A stretch of DNA of 64,000 nucleotides from Hemiscyllium ocellatum (lineage: Eukaryota): positions 32,362,443 through 32,426,442 of the forward strand of contig NC_083438.1 in the NCBI RefSeq assembly GCF_020745735.1. The letters run 5' to 3'. The notes beneath the pieces were generated by a model. The model saw nothing but the letters and a program-made list of their open reading frames with translations. It ran no database searches and was not told where the DNA came from. Positions 56,830 to 64,000 of this stretch are shown one piece after another (position 1 is the stretch's first letter; each line of letters begins with the position of its first letter). Made by a program: the position numbers and the translations under genes.

Positions 56830-57160
56830 GGCACAATCCTCTATCCCAACACTATACTCCCACTCTCTCCCCAAACCCCTCAACACCTTCAGCCTGGAGT
56901 AATGGGTTTTCTGAAACATATTCAGTGATTTCCCCTCCACAGCTTCCTGTGGGAGAGAATCCCACAGCTTCACTGCCCTCTGAGTGAAGACATTTCTCCT
57001 CAGCTCAGACTGGAATACTCTCTCCCGTATCCTCAGGCTGTGGCCCCTTGCTCTGGAGCACTGGCCAAGGGGAAACATTGTCCCTGCATCCAGTCTGTCC
57101 CACCCTGGAACGGTTTTATTTCGGGAAGTCCTGTTTCCTGTTATCTCTAACCTGATCTTT
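56830..57160 (-). mobile_element. CR1 3' fragment
   Basis: RARGHSLRIRERVFQSELRRNVFTQRAVKLWDSLPQEAVE. Confidence 0.8.
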
Positions 57161-59131
57161 CTGAAACATGCTGTCCGGGTCCCTGAGTCTGTGAGACGTT
57201 GAAATGTGTTCAAAAGGGGTTTTCTCAAATCAGCCCAGAGATGTGATGACACACTTCTGGGGCAGGTGGGACTTGCACCTGGGTCTTCTGGCTCAGACTT
57301 AGGGACACTACCACTGCACCCCTCTCCCTTCTCTATGAAAGATTACTGGGGGATCTGATTGATTACCCATAATGAAGATGATGAAAATGATTTCATGGGT
57401 GGGGACATATTGTCCAACACAACACAATGCTCCATGGCCACCATCTGTCTCAGGCTGGTCACAGTTCTCCAGCAAAGCACAGTCCACGCTGGAAGAAGAT
57501 AAATTGAGGTGAACAATGTTAGAGCTGGAGGCACTTTCTCCCATGACCTTACCCCAACCCCACACACCAGACTTTGTCACCACGGGGGCTGTTACCCCAC
57601 CCAACCCATTGTTAACTTCCAACAGTCCCCATTAGCAGCTATTCATTCTCCCACACTGACCTTGACCCAGGCCTTGGTCTGTCTTAATATTTTTGGGCAA
57701 CTCATCCCACCCATCATTTACTCTCTACCCCATCCCTATCTTCTGCACAAATCCCAACCTTTACGCAGCTGCCATCAGTTCTGAAGAAGGGTCACTGAAC
57801 CAGAAATGTTAACGCTGCTTTCTCTGCACAGGTGCTGCTAGACCTGCAGACTTTTTCCAGAAATTTGTTTTTCTTTAGTTTCCGGTCTCTGCAGATTTGT
57901 TATTTACTGACGGTACAGAGTCAGTATGGATTTGAGGAGGAGGCTTCAGGGATTGAGACAGGCTGGGTGAGTGGGTACATGGAATATAATGGGGAGAAGT
58001 GTAAGATTACCCACTTTGGTGGGAGGAACAGAGGGGCAGAGTATTGTTTAAAAAGTGAGATTGGAAAGTGATACGTCCAAAGGGACTGAGATGTACTTGT
58101 TCATGAGCTGCTGAGAGATAGCACACAGGTACAGGTAGCAATTCAGAGGCAAATGGAAGACAGAGCTTGATCAATGTCTAGTCCCTGGTCACAGCGAGAG
58201 ATATGGGGAAGGGACAGGAATATTGTCATGAGGTAGATCATCCGCCAGGATCTAGAATGGCAGAGCAAGCTCCAACAATTTAATTGGCCGACTCCTGGCC
58301 CTAGTGTAAAAGACCGAAATATTCACAACCATCTTCAGCCAGGAACACCGACTGGATGATCACTCCTCGCCTCCTCCTGAGATTCCCACAATCACTGATC
58401 CCTGTCTTCAGCCAATTCCATTCACTCCAAGTCGTATCAGGGACTTAGTGCCTGTAGACAGCAGCCCCTCTGTTCATGCAGTGACCAGCAGAGTCAATAA
58501 ACATCAGACTGTAGGCACACTAATATCAGCCCCAGCTTCTCTTTAATCACAGCTTGGAGCAAAACCTTCACTTGGATCATAAAGGTCACAGTGTATATGC
58601 AGGTACAATCATTAGTCGTTAAAATCATTCCAATTGTACTAAATTTCCATAAAAAGTATAAAATGTATAAATAAGGAGAGATAAGGACCTGCAGAATAAA
58701 GATTCATGGTCAGCACTGACAACCGACCAATTGCAGGGCAACAGTTGCACATCCCTGGGTTTAACAATAATGCCCGAGTGTACAAACAGATATCAATTCA
58801 GTATCAGCACCATGGACTGAATGATCCCCTCTCGATCACACAGAATCCACATCCTCACAAGGCAATATAAACGGATTTCAATCTGTAACATTAATGCTGA
58901 AATATAACACAGAGGAGGAAACACTTGGACAGTGTTTCTAAGGAAAGGAGATAACATTCCCACTGGGAGTTTCCCTCCTGAGATGGTGCTGCTCAGAGAG
59001 TTTGTGCAAAGTGGGAAGTGATTGTTGATCCCAATCCTGAGCTCAGACTTTCCATCAGGAATCACTCGATCCCCCCAACACTGGGCTGACTCCCCCCTCC
59101 CTGAGCCAGGCTCAGTGCAGTGGAAACTCAG

Positions 59132-62100
59132 TCAGTGCTGGACAGCCCCGTTCCCCAGAAGGTTTTGTTCTCCGGCCGCTCCATCCTGATGCTCAGGTGC
59201 TGTTGGTACAAGGCTCCGTGCTTCACCTGAACAGGCCACCTCTCTCAAAGGGACACCATTCGATGCTTCATTTCGATCGCTGGAGTGTCGGCTTCGAGCA
59301 CCATTCCTAGAAGAGAGACACAAGCAGAGAACAGGTTAGAAGAATCCACCATTTTGGACGTGTGTGTAAAGGAGCTGTTCAGGAGCACAGACCCAGTAAA
59401 TAACCCTCAACATCTTGGGGATCAATGGCAGCTGGAAAATGGTAAAGACGGCCTTCCCAAGTCATCGAGTCTTCCGATGCCTGTATTAAGGGGACGGGTT
59501 ATAGAGTGTTGGGGAAAGACTTGCATTTGTACAGCACCCAGAACAGAACATCCAAACATAATTCATGGGAGGAATCAGACAGAAGATGATACCAAGCCAC
59601 ATGAAAACAAACTGAGGCAGAAAGGTGGGACTTAAGGAACATCAAAAGAAGAGAACAGGAAGAGGCAAAGAAGTTTGTGATGGGAATGACCACAATTATG
59701 AGCTTTCAGGCAGCTGAACGTCTGGTCACCAATGGTGAAACAATGAGAAACTGGACAATGTTTTCGAGGAGCAAGGGAGGAGTATGGAGATCTCAGAGGG
59801 TTACAGATCTGGAGGAGGTGCCAGGGGAAAAGCACAGAGGGAGGAGAATACTAGAATCAAATCATTGCTGAACAAAGTCAGTGTGGGTCAGTGAGGGCAG
59901 GGTGATATCTGAATAATTAGGGAAAGAGCAAACACTGAATAAAGTTCATCAACCTGACCCAACAAGAACACATTTATATAAATGATTTGGATGTGAATAT
60001 AGGAGGTATGACTCGCAAGTTTGCAGATGATACCAACATAGCTGGTGCAGTGGACAGTGAAGATTATCTCAGAATACAATGGGATCATGATCAGATGGGC
60101 CAATGGGCTGAGGAGTGGCAGAGCACCTTCAATTGAGACAAACGTGAGGTGTTGCATTTCGATAAGACAAACCAGGATACATAATGGTAGGGTCCTGGGA
60201 AATGTTGCTGAACAAAGAGACTGAAGGGTGCAGGTACATAGCTCCCTGGAGGTGGAGGCACAGGTAGACAGGCTGGTGAAGGCAGCATTTGGCACATTTC
60301 CCTTCGTTGGTCAGTGCATTGAGTTTAGGAGTTGGGACGTCATGTTGCAGCTGTACAAGACATTGGTGAGGCCACGTTTGGAACACTGTGTACAATTCTG
60401 GTCCTCATTATATCGGAAAAATGATGTTTAACTTGAAGGTGCAGAAAAGATTTAAGGATATTGCTGCAAATGGAGGGTTTGTGCTAGAGAGAGGCTGAAT
60501 TGGCTGGGGCTATTTTCACTGGAGTGGTGACTGAGGATGACCTTCTAGAAGTTTATAAAATCATGAGGGACATGAATAGGATGAATGGCCAAGGCCTTTT
60601 CCCAGGGTAGATGAGTCCAAAACTAGAGGGCCTAGATTTAGTTGAGAGGGGAAAGATATATAAACATCCTGGAGGGGTAACAATTTCACACAGAGGGGGG
60701 TGTGTTTATGGAATGAGCTGCCAGAGAGAGTAGTGGAGGTTTGTACAATTGCAATATTTAAAGGGCATCTGGATTGTGCATGAATAGGAAAAGGTTAAAG
60801 AGGGATATGGGCCAAGTGCTGGTAAATAGGACCAGGTCAGATTGGGATGTCTGGTTGACGTGGATGAGTTGGATCGAAGGGTCTGTTTCGATGCTGTTTA
60901 ACTCTCTGTGGAAGAGGCTGGAGATTGCATGATGTAGCTATCAATTCTGTCAGGAACCATCGACCCAGAGTGCAAGCAAGTCACCTCGAGCCTGAGGGAC
61001 CACCCAGGGAGAAGGATTGGGGAATTGTTGAGTCTGTGATGAGAGGGATTGATATGAGAGTTTCAGCAGCAAATGAGCTGAATCAAGCAGTAGGAACAGG
61101 TGATGTGACAGATTTGAAAGTACACAGTGCGGGTGATGGACATGAGACTAGAAACTGAGCTCAGGGTTAAATGGGAAGCTGAGCTTGTAAACACTTCACT
61201 GCAACCTCACACAGTGACCAGGGAGGACTGTGTCCGGGTTTCAGGATCCCAGAGAGAATATGCAGTCAGCTTGGGGGGAGAGGGGAAAGATTTATAAAGC
61301 TCCACTCTTTTCCTCGTTATCCTTGGGGTACAGACAGACTCTAACCTCACACCTTTACTGCACTCTCTGAGCTGAGATGTCACCTTTTTTTTTGATAAAA
61401 CCTTAAGTTATCTGAGAATGTGACTTAAAAGAACTTCTGGGATTGACGTATTAATGAACCAAAACCTGCAACCTATTCTAAAAGATGAAAGACTTAACAG
61501 CAATCTAGGTCTGTTCCAAATATCACACCAGTTGCATGACACTGATCTTTTGTGATAAATTCTTATGATCCTGCCCATTAGCTACGTGACGAAGAAGCAG
61601 CACTCTGAAAGCAAATACAGTACTTCCAAATAAACCTGTTGGACTATAACAGGTTGTGTGATTTGTCCACCCTTCCTTGAATAACTTGGAAAGTAACTTT
61701 GGAGTTGCCTGTATTTTACCCATCATTATTCTCCCAAACCCCCTTTTCACTTTTGTCATTTCCTTTCTCAGTTTCTCCATGCACAGACTGTACACATCCA
61801 GGGTTTCTACTGATCCGACCACATCAGTATGTGCCATCAGGCTCCTTGGTTACAGAGAGTGGTGAACTCGGCCCGGACAATCTCCAAGGACAACCTCCCA
61901 TCTACAGAATCCCATCTACCAGGCCCACTGTCAAGGAAAGGCTGCCAGCATTCTCAAAGATCCATCCCACCCTGGCAATGCTTTTCTACAAACTCTACCA
62001 TCGGGGAGAGGGTACATAAGCCTAAACATACGCACCAGCCGGTCTCGAAACAGTTTCTCCGCTACTGTTGTCAGAATGCTGAATGGACTCACAAACTCTT

Positions 62101-63164
62101 AGCATTTGCCAGTAGCTGTGTTTTGGTTTTTGCTGCTGTTTCCCCATTATTTACTTATCGATGCTCCTTAACTCTCTGATCTGCCTGTATTGCTCTCAAG
62201 ACAAAGCTTTTCACTGTGCCTCAGTACACATGTCAATAAATTCAATCCAGTCTAATCCTGTACATCACTCGATACCAGGGTTTGCTGAATTTGTTGGTGC
62301 CACCCTTTACCTTTATTGGAATAGGATGGCCCTGTGCTCTCCCTATTTCCTTGGTGAGTGTGTCCCACCTGATCTTAAAACATAGAAACAGTTTTCTGTC
62401 ACAGATTTACCCAGAAGGTCCCCTCTGGCCAGGTCATATCTCCTTATTAAAATTGGCCTTCTTCAATTCAGACTTTGATTTCAAGCCTACCCTTTCCCTT
62501 TCCCAAAACAAGCTGGAATCTGACTGAGTTATGACCACTGTCGACAAACCGTTCCCCAACTGATACTTCAATCACTCGCTGAGCTTCATAACCTAAAATC
62601 AAGCCGAGGATCACTCTCTCTCGTATGGTCTTCTGAAGCTGTCCTGGATGCATTGTAAGAATTCCACACTCTAAACCTCTCACACAATGACCGAGCTATT
62701 TATCCTTGATGTTGAAATTCCCTACAATCACGACCCTATTACTTTTACATTGCCTGAGATTTGCTGAGAAAACTGCTCTTCTGTTTCTCTAAGACTCTCA
62801 GAGGGTCTGTCGGACACAACTACATCCTCTGGTTCTCCAGTGGGATAATATTTGCTCCTTTCCAATCCACGGGGACTGTTCAGCAGCAAGAGGATGACAA
62901 GCTGGAAGTGACTGGATGATGCTGCTCAATGACAGGCTGGATTGAAGCATCCTCACAGCTCAGGGAATGGACAGGGACAGAGCTCAGCAACATTTCACAC
63001 AATGTTATACAAAGATCAAAGGGTTACCATGGAAACAGTGCAACATTCCAGAACTCACCATCTTTGTCGCTTTAGGACAATGTAACCCACAATTCCTGCT
63101 ACAATAAAAACAGCAGCAATCCCGATTCCCAAACCAACTCTTGCTCCAGGGGAGAGTCCAGGAC
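59132..63164 (-). CDS. 3' part of IgV membrane-protein gene copy E (TM exon 63059-63164, cytoplasmic exon 59132-59306); upstream exons lie beyond the window
   Basis: TM (G)PGLSPGARVGLGIGIAAVFIVAGIVGYIVLKRQR. Tail (W)NGARSRHSSDRNEASNGVPLREVACSGEARSLVPTAPEHQDGAAGEQNLLGNGAVQH*. Canonical splice sites. Confidence 0.78.
59985..60905 (+). mobile_element. CR1 LINE 3' fragment inserted in the last intron of copy E (absent from copy C)
   Basis: ATAAATGATTTGGATG...AAGTTTGCAGATGATACC (KFADDT), QCIEFRSWDVMLQLYKTLVRPRLEHCVQFWS. Confidence 0.88.
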
Positions 63165-64000
63165 CTAGAGACAGAGTGAAGCCATTAACAGACTGGGACA
63201 CACAAACAAAACTAACAGCAGAGACCTTCAGCACCTAGTGTTTCAGAACCAGCCCCAGTACAAACAGATCCCTGGGTAATTCTAGTCCTGGAGGGATGTG
63301 GGAGGTTAGATCCCAATAAGCTCTCACACACCAGACCACCCCACAGCTCCTTGCACACACACACACACACAATGTGAGTGATACATGCTTTCCAATAGCG
63401 AGAACTGGGCACTTACAAGCAGCAGTTTCCCTTCAATTAAACTGAACAGCAACTGAAATTATTGTTAATTTTACAAGGAAAGGAAAGTGTTTCACACTGC
63501 CTTCAATCCAGGGTCACGACCTCCAGATTATATCTCTCTGTGCCCTCACCTCTGGTGGGCCTGTCCTTCCAGTGGGACAGGACGTACCCAGGGATGGTGA
63601 TAGGGGAGTCTGGGATGTTGTGTTATTTCTGTCAGTGTGACTATGTCCCACAGTGTCCCAAGTTGGACCCCAGTCCCCAGATGTTAGTGAGGGGGACTTT
63701 GCAGGGTCAGCTGGGCTGGCTGTGACATTGCTGTGTCCTGATTCGATGCCTGGCTCACAGCCAGTGGTCCATTCAGTTTTATTGTGGATTTTCCTGTCTA
63801 GGAGTTTGATTGATGTGAAACTAATTGATATGCTCAGATAATTAAAAAGGGCAAGTAAACTTTCCCCAGGTTAATGTGGACTGAAGGGTCTCTTTCCATG
63901 CTGTATAGCTCTATAACTCTATGGGACTCTCACTGAGTCATTCTTTGGTAAAATATCACAAAGCATTTCAAACTTTCCAATGTTCCTCCCTGTCTATCCA

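Overview
This is eukaryotic, repeat-rich vertebrate DNA, most likely from a shark. That inference rests on HE1-like V-SINEs, HER1/CR1-like LINEs and Penelope-like elements (PLEs). There is one assembly gap (N run 44607-44748). The window holds a tandem/inverted-duplicated cluster of genes for type I membrane proteins with B7/butyrophilin-type IgV domains. The exon plan read from splice sites and phases is: putative ATG exon, poly-Leu leader exon, one or two IgV exons, optional 45-nt stalk exon, 106-nt TM exon, Tyr-free cytoplasmic exon. Copy C (+, 29018-35323) looks intact. Copy D (-, 44951-53631) has two IgV exons, and the first carries a TGG>TAG stop at the Ig core Trp. Copies A and B (-) are pseudogenes. 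Copy E (-) runs off the right edge. There is also an orphan TM+tail module (+, 19.2-20.8 kb) and a truncated IgV relic (26.8 kb). The 3' halves of C and D form a large imperfect palindrome around a smaller fold-back. At least six intact minimal hammerhead ribozyme motifs of the PLE (dimer-cleaving) type are present, with visible stem covariation. The remainder is CR1, Rex1/Babar, Tx1, L2/CR1-group and SINE fragments plus several VNTRs. All coordinates were read by eye, no database searches were run, and family names come from motif recognition.
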